DNA from: Candidatus Poribacteria bacterium
Lineage (GTDB): Bacteria; Poribacteria; WGA-4E; WGA-3G
Length of the DNA: 64,000 bases
NCBI GenBank assembly: GCA_965205025.1
Contig: CBDBFU010000016.1
Location: 1-64,000, forward strand
Reading direction: 5' to 3'
Part shown: positions 10,745 to 21,568 of the stretch, one piece after another
Position numbering within the stretch: position 1 is the first letter of the stretch
Layout: each line of letters starts with the position of its first letter
The notes under the pieces: model-generated
Told to the model about the DNA's origin: nothing
What the model saw: only the letters and a program-made list of their open reading frames with translations
Databases searched by the model: none
Program-made: the position numbers and the translations under genes

Positions 10745-11692
10745 TCATATATGACTAAGAATTGATTGGTAAAGTAAAGGGATCATCAGTTCATGGTGTC
10801 CAGTAAAAGCATATCCTGTTCCTCCCATTTCAGTAGGCCGTCTGACTACATTCTCTAATGGTCGGTATTGTTGATTCATATCAAAATCTACCGCTGTAAA
10901 ATTAGACACTGTATGACCTAAATTTCTTGCTATCGTAAGAGCTTTCAAAAAAACCTCAGGTAGAATCACTGCCGATCCGAAATTCATTATTACCCCACCA
11001 TCTTCTAATTCAATTATAGACTGTGTTAACAATTTGAAATCAGTGAAACTTGCTTTTCCAATAGCAGCACCATCGGCAGTTGGATGTTGGTGTATTATGT
11101 CTGTTCCGATTGCAACATGAGTGGTAATTGGAACATTATAATGAATACCATTAGCGAGTAAACTATATTCATTGTATGGAGCATCTATTTCAAGGAGTTC
11201 CTTTCCTAAAGCTTCTCCCATACCAATCTCTTCATCTGCCCCCTGCTTAATTGCCTGATTCATCAACTTACCTGTCTCTTCCCACATACCAAATTTTCCG
11301 TCTTGTAGGTAATCGGATACATCTTCAGAAGTCTCTCCAATTAAAGCAATTTCAAAATCATGTATACTACTTGCGCCATTAAATACAAAACCGGTGATAA
11401 CACCCTTCTTCGCTAAGGAGATTAAGAGTGGAGATAATCCACACTTTATTACATGTCCTCCCATCATAACAATTACTGCTCTTTCTTTACGATATGCTGT
11501 AACTATACTGTCGACAAGTTGTAGAAATTCCTCTCCTTTGAGTATCTTAGGCAAACAGTTTAACAAAGATGATATGTTATTCTGATTGTCTGACAATTCT
11601 GCGAAATCCTTAACTGATACCTTATTAATCCTTTCCTTTAGTGGATAGGTTTTCACTGATGACATATCAATTGGTTTCAAACTTTTCTTCAT
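10745..11692 (-). CDS. Conserved protein with deoxyhypusine synthase-like NAD-binding fold
   Basis: GGHVIKCGLSP, IHDFEIAL, GTDIIHQHP, GSAVILPEVFLKA and GHHELMIP motifs. Confidence 0.7.
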   Translation of the reverse strand: MKKSLKPIDMSSVKTYPLKERINKVSVKDFAELSDNQNNISSLLNCLPKILKGEEFLQLVDSIVTAYRKERAVIVMMGGHVIKCGLSPLLISLAKKGVITGFVFNGASSIHDFEIALIGETSEDVSDYLQDGKFGMWEETGKLMNQAIKQGADEEIGMGEALGKELLEIDAPYNEYSLLANGIHYNVPITTHVAIGTDIIHQHPTADGAAIGKASFTDFKLLTQSIIELEDGGVIMNFGSAVILPEVFLKALTIARNLGHTVSNFTAVDFDMNQQYRPLENVVRRPTEMGGTGYAFTGHHELMIPLLYQSILSHI

Positions 11693-13211
11693 TTTCCTCG
11701 TCCCTTACAATCTGTATATAGTAGATTATGCCAATAATAAACCAAAAAAGCAATATCGTTCGTTGGTGCAGGATGTTATCTGCCAGACCATAAATTAAGC
11801 TTGAAATTAAAAAACCACTGCTCCCAAGGAACATGCCAAACCCCCAAAAATATCCGTGATAATCAAGAGTTTTCCGTAGTTTCCAAATCCTTTTCACGAT
11901 TAAGGCTATTATCCAGAATAGTATTGCAAGAGAAGGTATACCGTGTTCAACTGCGGTATGGAGGTATATGTTATGAGCATGATAAGGTATATTATACTGT
12001 TCTTTTGGTCCATTGAGTTGATATTCATATCGGAATCTACCCAGACCAATACCAGTAATTGGGTATTTCTGAATTAATTCCAAAGATGTCTTCCACCAAA
12101 TAGGACGTTCCCCAATATATCCAGATGGACGTTCAATGATACTATTTAATCGTGATTTTATATGATTTGGAAGAATGAATGGAATTACCACAATTACAAG
12201 TATAATTATTGCTGATAATATCATCACAGGTCTTGTAGATTTTGCTGTATTTCTTTTATATAATAAGACTTGAATAACATAATACAAGACTATACATAGG
12301 ATACTAAAAATTACGCTTATCCATGCTGTACGAGTCAGAGTTAATGCAAGATTTATACACATTAATATGATAATTATACCCAATCCCATTGACCCCAATT
12401 TAGAAATCCTGGTATTCCCCATTCCCCCAAAGCTTGTTAAAAAGAATCCAAATACAAAAGGAAGACTTAGCGCAAGATAAGCCCCAAGATCATTAGGCAT
12501 TTTAAATGTTCCAGTCAAACGTTGTTCAATCATGAATATCATGAGTTCACTTTTAGTATTTCGAACCACATATCTTCTATTTCGAGGTGTATCAGTTATA
12601 TACCATTCATCTGATTTTTTCTTGGTGGAAATTCTTGCATCATCTGATAAAGGTATGTTAATAATTCGTAGATCATCTCTGAAACTTTCAGAAAAACCAA
12701 TTTCTTCATCAAGTTCTTGTTGATACACTAAATTGACATTTCCCATATAATCAAGTCCTAATCGTGTATCGTTGAAATAATACCAAATACCTAATGCTGA
12801 TGAAAATCCTGTGATAATAAACAATGCGATTATAATATGTCGGAATTGAATCCCAATTCCAGAATGTATTACAGCATAACATAATAAGATTCCACGTAAT
12901 AATTTCCAAAAATACCCATAACTACTACTGGATGGGTTTGGCGCGAATATACATGCTACAATACTTAATAATAGGAAGATGAAGATAGGAAGATTTAAAT
13001 CATTTTTATACCATCTATAACGTCCATCGGCAATTACCCTACCAATCCACCCAATTAATGCGAAAAGAAGTCCAATATTCATGAATATTGTTGAATATCC
13101 AAAAGGGAGGGATAGAATAAATAAGATTAATCCTGAATAACTCAAAAATGAGAATAATTTGAGTATGTTAAATTTCGATGTTAGTTTCAACTTCTTGATG
13201 TCTTGTGTCAT
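11667..13211 (-). CDS. O-antigen ligase (WaaL/Wzy_C) family membrane protein
   Basis: Many TM helices; RLTGTF..PN, TLTRTAW, PITGIGLGRF and HAHNIYL motifs. Confidence 0.85.
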   Translation of the reverse strand: MTQDIKKLKLTSKFNILKLFSFLSYSGLILFILSLPFGYSTIFMNIGLLFALIGWIGRVIADGRYRWYKNDLNLPIFIFLLLSIVACIFAPNPSSSSYGYFWKLLRGILLCYAVIHSGIGIQFRHIIIALFIITGFSSALGIWYYFNDTRLGLDYMGNVNLVYQQELDEEIGFSESFRDDLRIINIPLSDDARISTKKKSDEWYITDTPRNRRYVVRNTKSELMIFMIEQRLTGTFKMPNDLGAYLALSLPFVFGFFLTSFGGMGNTRISKLGSMGLGIIIILMCINLALTLTRTAWISVIFSILCIVLYYVIQVLLYKRNTAKSTRPVMILSAIIILVIVVIPFILPNHIKSRLNSIIERPSGYIGERPIWWKTSLELIQKYPITGIGLGRFRYEYQLNGPKEQYNIPYHAHNIYLHTAVEHGIPSLAILFWIIALIVKRIWKLRKTLDYHGYFWGFGMFLGSSGFLISSLIYGLADNILHQRTILLFWFIIGIIYYIQIVRDEENEEKFETN

Positions 13212-13389
13212 TAGTGTAATTGTAATTCTTAAAAATATACTTCAATAATCTGGATATTTAGGGTGCGGTATCGAAACTCATACAATCACTAATATAGTTA
13301 GATACAATTTCATTGTTGGATTTCATTATGATATGGTATCATAAGATAAGTATACATTCATTACAAGATACACATATACGGAGTAAATC

Positions 13390-14583
13390 ATGTTAATTAT
13401 CCAGAGATTTAGATATTTATTCGTTCTGACTTTTCTGATTATTACATTAGGAACATCTCCTGTCGACAGCTTCATTGAACGGGAGTATACAATACGGGAA
13501 GTACTTGATGCTTGTACAAATATAGTTTTTGGAGAAATAGAATCTGTAAATCCAAAACGGTTGCAGGCTGTTGTTAGTGTCAAAGAAGATGTTAAGGGTG
13601 AAAGTAATCTAAATGAGATTAAAATGAACTTTGCTACTGGTCAATACAAGCAAGGAACATCCCCACAAAAAATGGTTCGATTAGTTAAAAAAGGAATGCC
13701 TATTATTGTTTTCTATAGAAACCATTATGGAATTGATAGTATGTGCTTTATTGACAATACATGGTTTCAAATGCGTGCGTATCGTGGTTCCAGTGGAAAA
13801 TCATGGTGGAGTTTTACTCACATTGACCCTATGATGGACCGCACATTTACTGGAAAGACATTAGAATTCCAAAGAATCGTTCGGGATATGCTTGCTGGAA
13901 AAATGTGGGTCACTGCTGGAGAAAATTCAGTAAAAATATTAGTTTTATCAGGGAATAGTACTCCTCCAACTTGGAGTCAATCCCATGTATATACAAACAC
14001 GATGACTTATGAATATAAGGCTTTACGAAATGTAAAGAAAGTAGGTAAACGTGAAATTGTCTTCGAATCAACCAAAAACCGAAAGTTAAAATTCTTGAAT
14101 GGTGCAGATATATTATGGATTGGTTATGAAGAGATTTCAAGTTTTGGTAGACATTTACTTCCAAAAGATACAGAGAATAAGATTAAAAAATATGTATATG
14201 ACGGTGGAATTGTTGTTATATCAGGGCAAGACAGCACCGATAAGAAATCTTGTGGTATTGGTTGGCTTCATGGTGAATTAACAGGTGTTGAAAGTGCTCC
14301 AAATAGAAACTTTGTGCTTACAGATGTTCCTTCTACCATCTTCTCACATCCTAATAAGATAAAATCTGGAAGAATTTACGTTGACGATGCATGGGTGGAT
14401 TGGGAAAAAACTGACAAAGTTCTTGCAATAACACCTAATAGTAATGAGCTTGTTGTTGGAATACGGGAATATGGAAAAGGATTCTATATAATTACAAGTC
14501 TATGTAATTATAAACAACAAGATGTATCATGGAATAAAGAACTAATGGAAAATATAATTCACTATGCAGTAAACAAATTATAA
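13390..14583 (+). CDS. Secreted hypothetical protein
   Basis: 397-aa ORF with signal-peptide-like N-terminus and GGAG RBS. Confidence 0.7.
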   Translation: MLIIQRFRYLFVLTFLIITLGTSPVDSFIEREYTIREVLDACTNIVFGEIESVNPKRLQAVVSVKEDVKGESNLNEIKMNFATGQYKQGTSPQKMVRLVKKGMPIIVFYRNHYGIDSMCFIDNTWFQMRAYRGSSGKSWWSFTHIDPMMDRTFTGKTLEFQRIVRDMLAGKMWVTAGENSVKILVLSGNSTPPTWSQSHVYTNTMTYEYKALRNVKKVGKREIVFESTKNRKLKFLNGADILWIGYEEISSFGRHLLPKDTENKIKKYVYDGGIVVISGQDSTDKKSCGIGWLHGELTGVESAPNRNFVLTDVPSTIFSHPNKIKSGRIYVDDAWVDWEKTDKVLAITPNSNELVVGIREYGKGFYIITSLCNYKQQDVSWNKELMENIIHYAVNKL

Positions 14584-14610
14584 TTCTCATTCTTGTTGAG
14601 GTAAGTAAAC

Positions 14611-15798
14611 TTATACTGATCCGAACTTAGCTACAACTAATGTAATATCATCATGAGGTATATTCCCGTCCTGAAAGTTATTAAGATCGGATAATATCTT
14701 CTGTTTGATTTCAACCGGTGTAAGATGTTTATTCTTAAATACCAGTTGTTTAAATCTGTCAAGACCGTACATCTCAGTATCCTCATTAATTGCTTCAGTA
14801 ATACCGTCTGAATACATCACCAATAGATCTCCAGGATTCCAAGTTTCCTTAAGACTATGGTAATCAGAATTGATTTGTTCTTCAGGTAAAGGAATTCCAA
14901 CAGGGGTGTATTGAGAATCTAATTCAATTATCTCATCACTATCGGTACGGAAGAGCAAGATTGATGGATGTCCAGCATTAATAAACTCAAACGTATTATC
15001 CTGATGAATGACCACATAACAACAGGTCATATAGATAAATGTTTGTGCATCCTCCTCTGTAACCCGTTTTACGGCTTTCATTACTTCAGGAACAGATGCA
15101 TTGAAGCGTATTTGTGTTTGAATACAACTTTTCGTCATCGCTGCGACCAGAGCAGAATGAAAACCGTGTCCCATTACATCTCCTATGAATATTGCGATTT
15201 TCTTATCAGGTAGATGCAAATAATCATAATAATCTCCACCAACATCATTCGTTGGTTCACAATATCCTGCTGATGTGATATAAGGATATTCAATCTCTTC
15301 GTTGGGTAAAATAGACTGTTGCACTTCAGCAGCAAGACGTATTGATTCCTCCTGGGCAATCTCCTTCCGAATTGCACTCATCTGAATCTCAAGGTCATTA
15401 CGAATCTTGTTATTAAGAACACGAAAAACACCTTTACCAATTAGGGGTTCACGAGCCATTGCAGTAAAAAAATCATCTCTTGTAATTCTTAACATTCGTG
15501 TAGGAGACAATGTTTTAATTGTTGCGCTTCTTGGTTTATCATCAATCAATGCAACTTCTCCAAAACAATATCCGACATCATTAAAAGATAATACCTCAGT
15601 ATCTGACTTGATGATACTGATCTCTCCAGCAACAAGCAGGTATAGTGAGTCACCATCATCTCCTTCTTCAAAAATTATATGATCTGAGGGTAATTCGATT
15701 TCGTGTGCTACTTCACATATAGATTTAATCCTTTCTAATGGTAATTCTGAAAAAAGTTCTGTGCTGCGCAGAAAATGTTGCTTTTCTTCTTCTAACAT
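14611..15798 (-). CDS. cNMP-binding domain plus SpoIIE/PP2C (RsbU-like) phosphatase
   Basis: FGEVALIDDKPRSAT; VGGDYYD, GDVMGHG, NAGHP, YSDGITEA and DDITLV motifs. Confidence 0.9.
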   Translation of the reverse strand: MLEEEKQHFLRSTELFSELPLERIKSICEVAHEIELPSDHIIFEEGDDGDSLYLLVAGEISIIKSDTEVLSFNDVGYCFGEVALIDDKPRSATIKTLSPTRMLRITRDDFFTAMAREPLIGKGVFRVLNNKIRNDLEIQMSAIRKEIAQEESIRLAAEVQQSILPNEEIEYPYITSAGYCEPTNDVGGDYYDYLHLPDKKIAIFIGDVMGHGFHSALVAAMTKSCIQTQIRFNASVPEVMKAVKRVTEEDAQTFIYMTCCYVVIHQDNTFEFINAGHPSILLFRTDSDEIIELDSQYTPVGIPLPEEQINSDYHSLKETWNPGDLLVMYSDGITEAINEDTEMYGLDRFKQLVFKNKHLTPVEIKQKILSDLNNFQDGNIPHDDITLVVAKFGSV

Positions 15799-16272
15799 AA
15801 AGCTAAGATCCTTACGAATATTCTATTAGGATAAATTGTGTGTTTTTTGGATTGAGGATGCAGATGTGTTAACACACTGTCCTATTATAATCACCCTCAT
15901 CACATTTGTCAAACAACAGATAATTAAAGAAATACTGATTCACTTTACAAATACATTTATAGACTTGACATAGCACCTAAAATCTATTTTAAGATTTTTT
16001 CAAGAGAAAAATGTTGTCATTTGAATATCTGTAGATGGGTAAATCATACAATGAAAATAACTGTAAAGGATGGAATTTTAGTTGATTATATGTATTGGTA
16101 GATGTGGACAACACCCTTGACTTTCCAAAACAAATTATGTTAAAATACTCTCTATTATTTTATTACATACCAACCAATCTACAACGGACTTGTCAGACAT
16201 CAGCAAATTAGACAGGTTATTATAGACACCAATCGGTAACAACTGTAATTTGCATATAGACAAAAGGAAAAT

Positions 16273-19200
16273 ATGTCAATAGCCGATTTCTTTCGTGGGA
16301 AGGTTTTATTGATTACAGGTGGAACCGCCTTCCTGGGGCAACCTATGGTTGCCAAAATACTTACTTCTCTATCAGATGTAAAACACATATACCTACTAAT
16401 CAGAAACCGAACCGAGTCAAATGGTAAAATCACCACCGCACAGGAACGTTTTGATAAAGAATTATTAACTTCTGATGTTTTTGATGAATTACGAAAAAAA
16501 CACGGATCAGCTTTTGAAACCTGGGTGTCTGAAAGGGTTTCACCAATAGAAGGGGAACTTACAGATGAACGTCTTGGATTCAGTGATACTTTGTATGAGC
16601 AACTGCAAAATGAAGTAGATATATTTTTTAATATTGCGGGATTGGTTCAGTTCGATCCTCCATTTGATGCCTCGTTAAAAGGAAACGCACTCGCCGCCAG
16701 ACATACAGTGACATTCGCCAAAGGTTGTTCTGATGCAGTATTTCTACACGTTTCAACAGCCTATGTTTGTGGTGATAATCCAGGAATTGTACCAGAAGAA
16801 CTACACCCACCTTATGAACAATTTGCGGAAGAACTCAGTGAAAAAACTGGCAATTCTATTCCAGCAACCCTCATTGAGGAAATTGACTACCTTAAGACAT
16901 TAAGCCAATCTATACGAGACGAGGCAGACACACCATCCCAAAAAGCTAACTTCCAACAGATAGCTGAAAGAATATCTAAAACCGATAAACGGAAAAGTCG
17001 TAAATCTATCGAAACACTCACTGAAGAAGTTAAAGCTGATTGGTTGGAATCGCGGCTTGTTGAAGTTGGGTTAACCCACGCACGCTCTCGTGGGTGGAAC
17101 GATACATATACTTATATGAAATTCTTGGCTGAGCATGTTGTCATGGAATTGCGTGATACGATGCCAACTGCAATTGTCCGTCCATCCATTATAGAAAGTA
17201 GTCTGGTAGAACCACATCCTGGTTGGCTTGGGAAGTATCGTATGTCTGAACCACTCATTGTAGGTTTTGCTAAAGGACGGATTCCTGATTTTCCTGCAGA
17301 TCCGGATATTATTTTAGATATTATTCCCGTTGATTTTGTAGTAAATGCCATGTTAGCTGCTGCAGAAGCTGTTGCTGAGAGTCGTGGAATAGAAGTATAT
17401 CATGTTGCATCAGGTTCTCAAAATCCTCTTTATTTCCGTGGAATTGTAGACGCTACATCTGAATATTTCATTAAAAACCCTATGATGGAAAATGGACAAC
17501 CCATACGTGTTCCTGTTTGGCAATTTCCCAGTCTGGAACAATTTGAGAAAAAAGTCGAAGGAAAAGTACGGCTTCTCAATGGACTAATTCGGTTACTTAC
17601 AATATTTCCAACTCGTTCTTCAAAAAGAAGACGTCGAAAACTTGTTGTTAAACAGAGCAGCATTAAAGCATTACTTCACTACATACGAATCTACGCACCA
17701 TATACGCGAACAAACTTTGAATTTGACACCAAGAAAACACAAGCATTATTTGAAAATCTTGACACTATTGAACAGAAACAATTCAGTTTTGATGTATCAA
17801 AGATACAGTGGAACCAGTATTTTCAGGAGATACATATTCCAGGTATCAAAAGACATGTTCTCAAACTTGAAGAGACAACTCCTAATACTACGAAGCATGA
17901 AGGGGATTCGACTGAAGATGAAGCGGACGAATTTCCTACCCAAGCTCCGAATCCAATTGATGAAATCTCACCAAAGACTATTGTTGATTTAATTAAGATA
18001 CAAGCAGAACGTATACCTGATAGAATCGCGCTTCAGATGATACATGAAGGGGAATGTCAACAATATACATATGCAGAAACATACAACAGATCCCGTCAAG
18101 TTGCATATCATTATTGGAAAAGTGGATTAAGACAGAACGATAGAGTGATATTGGTATCCGAAAACCAACCGGAATGGTGCATTTCATATTTAGCTGCAGT
18201 ACAAATCGGAATTGCTGTAGTTCCTCTTGATTCACAGACACCAGCACAAGAAATCTTGGCTATTTCAGAATTTACAAATGCAAAATCCATTCTGGCATCT
18301 AATAGTGTTATTACGAAATCTGATACAGAATTAAACGATAATGATTTTCCTATACACAATATTAACAACATTCAAGAATTGATTAATCATAACGAGGAAA
18401 TATCGGATGAATTTCCTCAGGTAGAAATTACACCAGACACTGTTGCATCAATAATCTTCACAATGGGAACAATTGTTGATGCTAAGGGAGCAATGTTAAC
18501 CCATGGAGGTTTTATATCCAATGTAAAATCAGTTGCCAAAGCTTTACCTCCAACCGATGAGGAACGTATTCTTTCTGCTCTTCCTTTGTATCATGCATTG
18601 AGTTTTTCCTGTAGTTTGTTGATGGCACTTTATAGTGGAACAACAGCGACTTATGTCAATGCTCTTCGACCAACCACTCTACTGAAGGCAATGCGTGATG
18701 ACAAAACTACCGCTTTTATCGGTGTACCCAGATTATTTCAGATGCTTCAGACTACAATTGAAAGACAAGCATTACGAGAAGAAACACCAGGAGACACTTT
18801 AGTTGAAAAAGCAAAGGCAGTTACAGGGGGACATGTACGCGTTCTTGTATGCGGTGGTGCTGCACTTGCAGATTCAATTTATGACGGATTTCAGAAATTG
18901 GGTATGACAATTTATCAAGGGTACGGTATGACTGAAACTGCGCCAGTATTGAGTGTAAATCCATACAAGAATAGTAAACGTGGATCTGTTGGACCTGCTG
19001 TGAAGGGTGTAGAGTTCAAGATTTACAACCCCAATAATGATGGTATTGGTGAAATCCTTGCAAAAGGACCAAGCACAATGAAGGGGTATTATAATAATAA
19101 GGTGGCAACAGATAATGCAATCAGAAATGGATGGTTATACACTGGGGATCTTGGTTATATTGATGATAGTGGATATCTCTATATAACTGGACATACTAAA

Positions 19201-20505
19201 GATGTAATTGTACCGGCTTCTGGTAAGAACATTTATCCAGTTGAGTTAGAGGCATTATATCAAAATCACAAAGACATTAAAGAGATGTGTGTGGTTGGAA
19301 TTTCCTATGAAGATGGGTCTGATACTGCAATTCAGGCTGTGATTTCACCATCTAATCAGGATGAAAACACTAAGAAAGAAATACAGCAACACATACAACA
19401 CCGTGCAAAACAGTTACCAAGTTACCAACATTTTCACCGTACTCATTTTATCTGTGAAGACTTACCGAAAAGTGAAAATGGTTCTATTGACAGAGTTGCT
19501 GTAAGAGAATATATTAAAGAAATAATTACACATGAAAGTGCTGAATCTCTCATTGAACATGAGGATATTCCAGAAGAGATATTACTACCAATTGCACGTT
19601 TAGCTCGATTATCCCCTAACAAAATACGTCTTGAAAATAGGTTAGATACTGATCTCGGTCTTGATTCACTAACACGACTTGACCTATTAATGTTACTTGA
19701 ATCTCGTCTTGGACAAACAATTCCCGATGCTATGATAGCGAATTTACACACAGTCGGTGATGTAGTAGAATTAGTGACTATTTTTGAAAAGGAATCATCT
19801 GATGGTAAAAGTAGCTCAGATAATGAAATAATGAAACTACCGGAAAAACCACAATGGTACGCCCGCGCTTTCCGAGCAGGAATTAGAAGTATATACCGTA
19901 GACGTTTCTCTTTTCAGTGTTATGGACTTGAAAATATACCTGATGGGAAACCGTTCATCATTACACCAAATCATTGTAGTCATTTAGATACACTTACTGT
20001 CATTACTGCATTAGGACAAGAATCTCATCGAATGTGGACACTTGCAGCAAGAGATTATTGGTTTGGCAACAAATTACAGGGATGGTTTGCACATAAGTGT
20101 TTGAATGCACTTCCCATTGAACGTGATGGAAATTTCGTACAATTCCTAAAAGACTTACGAATGGCAAATGAGGTAATGGAAAAGAATAATGGACTTTTGG
20201 TATTTCCTGAAGGTACAAGATCTCTTGACGGAAACTTACAACCCTTCAAACCTGGAGTACTTAGTCTTCTGATTTACGGTCAACAAGTTCCAATTATTCC
20301 TACTTACATTAAAGGTACATTTCAAGTGCTTCCAAAGGGACAGAACATTCCCAAAAAACATCCAGTGCAGATTGTTTTTGGCAAACCCCTTTATTTGGAC
20401 ATATCACAAAGTCCAGAGAATATAAGCGAAAACTCAGAAATCTATCAGAAATTTTTAGCAGAACTTGAAAATCAGGTTGCCGAACTTGGCAAGGAGCTAA
20501 ATTAA
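16273..20505 (+). CDS. ElbD-like multidomain enzyme: fatty acyl-CoA reductase + acyl-AMP ligase + acyl carrier + PlsC acyltransferase
   Basis: ITGGTAFLG, HVSTAYV, YTYMK and IVRPSII (FAR); QGYGMTE and TGDLG (AMP-binding); LGLDSL (PP-binding); NHCSHLD and FPEGTRS (acyltransferase). Confidence 0.9.
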   Translation: MSIADFFRGKVLLITGGTAFLGQPMVAKILTSLSDVKHIYLLIRNRTESNGKITTAQERFDKELLTSDVFDELRKKHGSAFETWVSERVSPIEGELTDERLGFSDTLYEQLQNEVDIFFNIAGLVQFDPPFDASLKGNALAARHTVTFAKGCSDAVFLHVSTAYVCGDNPGIVPEELHPPYEQFAEELSEKTGNSIPATLIEEIDYLKTLSQSIRDEADTPSQKANFQQIAERISKTDKRKSRKSIETLTEEVKADWLESRLVEVGLTHARSRGWNDTYTYMKFLAEHVVMELRDTMPTAIVRPSIIESSLVEPHPGWLGKYRMSEPLIVGFAKGRIPDFPADPDIILDIIPVDFVVNAMLAAAEAVAESRGIEVYHVASGSQNPLYFRGIVDATSEYFIKNPMMENGQPIRVPVWQFPSLEQFEKKVEGKVRLLNGLIRLLTIFPTRSSKRRRRKLVVKQSSIKALLHYIRIYAPYTRTNFEFDTKKTQALFENLDTIEQKQFSFDVSKIQWNQYFQEIHIPGIKRHVLKLEETTPNTTKHEGDSTEDEADEFPTQAPNPIDEISPKTIVDLIKIQAERIPDRIALQMIHEGECQQYTYAETYNRSRQVAYHYWKSGLRQNDRVILVSENQPEWCISYLAAVQIGIAVVPLDSQTPAQEILAISEFTNAKSILASNSVITKSDTELNDNDFPIHNINNIQELINHNEEISDEFPQVEITPDTVASIIFTMGTIVDAKGAMLTHGGFISNVKSVAKALPPTDEERILSALPLYHALSFSCSLLMALYSGTTATYVNALRPTTLLKAMRDDKTTAFIGVPRLFQMLQTTIERQALREETPGDTLVEKAKAVTGGHVRVLVCGGAALADSIYDGFQKLGMTIYQGYGMTETAPVLSVNPYKNSKRGSVGPAVKGVEFKIYNPNNDGIGEILAKGPSTMKGYYNNKVATDNAIRNGWLYTGDLGYIDDSGYLYITGHTKDVIVPASGKNIYPVELEALYQNHKDIKEMCVVGISYEDGSDTAIQAVISPSNQDENTKKEIQQHIQHRAKQLPSYQHFHRTHFICEDLPKSENGSIDRVAVREYIKEIITHESAESLIEHEDIPEEILLPIARLARLSPNKIRLENRLDTDLGLDSLTRLDLLMLLESRLGQTIPDAMIANLHTVGDVVELVTIFEKESSDGKSSSDNEIMKLPEKPQWYARAFRAGIRSIYRRRFSFQCYGLENIPDGKPFIITPNHCSHLDTLTVITALGQESHRMWTLAARDYWFGNKLQGWFAHKCLNALPIERDGNFVQFLKDLRMANEVMEKNNGLLVFPEGTRSLDGNLQPFKPGVLSLLIYGQQVPIIPTYIKGTFQVLPKGQNIPKKHPVQIVFGKPLYLDISQSPENISENSEIYQKFLAELENQVAELGKELN

Positions 20506-20508
20506 ATA

Positions 20509-21198
20509 ATGATAGAATCGAATCAGGAAAAAGCAATCGCATTTTTTGATGTAGATGGAACATTGTTGAGTTCAACTATAGTTCATTGCTACCTGTGGAT
20601 ACAGACTTCATCAATGTCTTCTGTTCAGAAATTCTTTTGGATGATAGGATTTCTACCGAAAATAGTATATTATCTAATTTTAGACAGGTTTAATCGATCT
20701 CGTTTCAATCAAGTCTTCTATCGAAATTACCGTGATATGGATGCATTGCAAACCCAATCTTCAGCCAAAGATTTGTTTAATGAATACCTACAACAGAAGG
20801 TATTCCCTGAAGCAAAAACACAGATAGAGGAACACAAAGAACGCAATCATAAAATTGTCCTTGTAACTGGGTCGCTTGACTTTATTGTAAAACCAATTGC
20901 AGAATATTTTTGTGCAGATATTGTATTGGCAGCAAAACTTGAGGAGTATGGTGGTAGGTATACTGGTGAATTGACAACAGCCCCTGTTATTGGAAAAGAG
21001 AAGGCAAAAATTATGACGGAATATGCGGAACAAGAAGGTGTTCCTCTGGATATATGTTATGCATATAGTGATAGTCAATCTGATTTGGCAATGTTAGAAT
21101 GTGTCGGAAATCCAATTGTTGTCAATCCAAATAAAGCACTACGTAAAAAGGCATTAGAAACCGGTTGGGAAATGCACGAATGGATGGATGAATCTTGA
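20509..21198 (+). CDS. HAD-IB family phosphatase
   Basis: FFDVDGTL, LVTGS, GKEKA and YSDSQSDL motifs; starts 3 bp after the ElbD-like gene. Confidence 0.9.
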   Translation: MIESNQEKAIAFFDVDGTLLSSTIVHCYLWIQTSSMSSVQKFFWMIGFLPKIVYYLILDRFNRSRFNQVFYRNYRDMDALQTQSSAKDLFNEYLQQKVFPEAKTQIEEHKERNHKIVLVTGSLDFIVKPIAEYFCADIVLAAKLEEYGGRYTGELTTAPVIGKEKAKIMTEYAEQEGVPLDICYAYSDSQSDLAMLECVGNPIVVNPNKALRKKALETGWEMHEWMDES

Positions 21199-21281
21199 AA
21201 TACGAATCTATTTTCAATTTTAATTCATACATTTCATATATTGTCATTTATAACATCGGTAGGATGTCCTAACATTAATAT

Positions 21282-21509
21282 ATGAGGAGAAAAATGGAAG
21301 TCAAAAGGTTTTTAGAATCTATGTCTGAACCGAATGATACGATGTACGTTGAAATTGATGGAATGCATCGTTTTACCCGGCGTGGTGATGACTGGGTAAA
21401 ATTCCGTGAAGACTTAATAGAATTAATCGAACAGACTATTTCAGAAGATTTATCTAAGAATTTTGCAAAAGTAACGGCAAATTGGATTCCTGATTCTGTA
21501 CCAGAATAG
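21282..21509 (+). CDS. Small hypothetical protein
   Basis: ORF with strong RBS GAGGAG before MEVKRF. Confidence 0.55.
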   Translation: MRRKMEVKRFLESMSEPNDTMYVEIDGMHRFTRRGDDWVKFREDLIELIEQTISEDLSKNFAKVTANWIPDSVPE

Positions 21510-21568
21510 AAGTTATTAGAATTCCATAACCAATACATATATAGATAGGAATTGGAAACAGTATAGCA

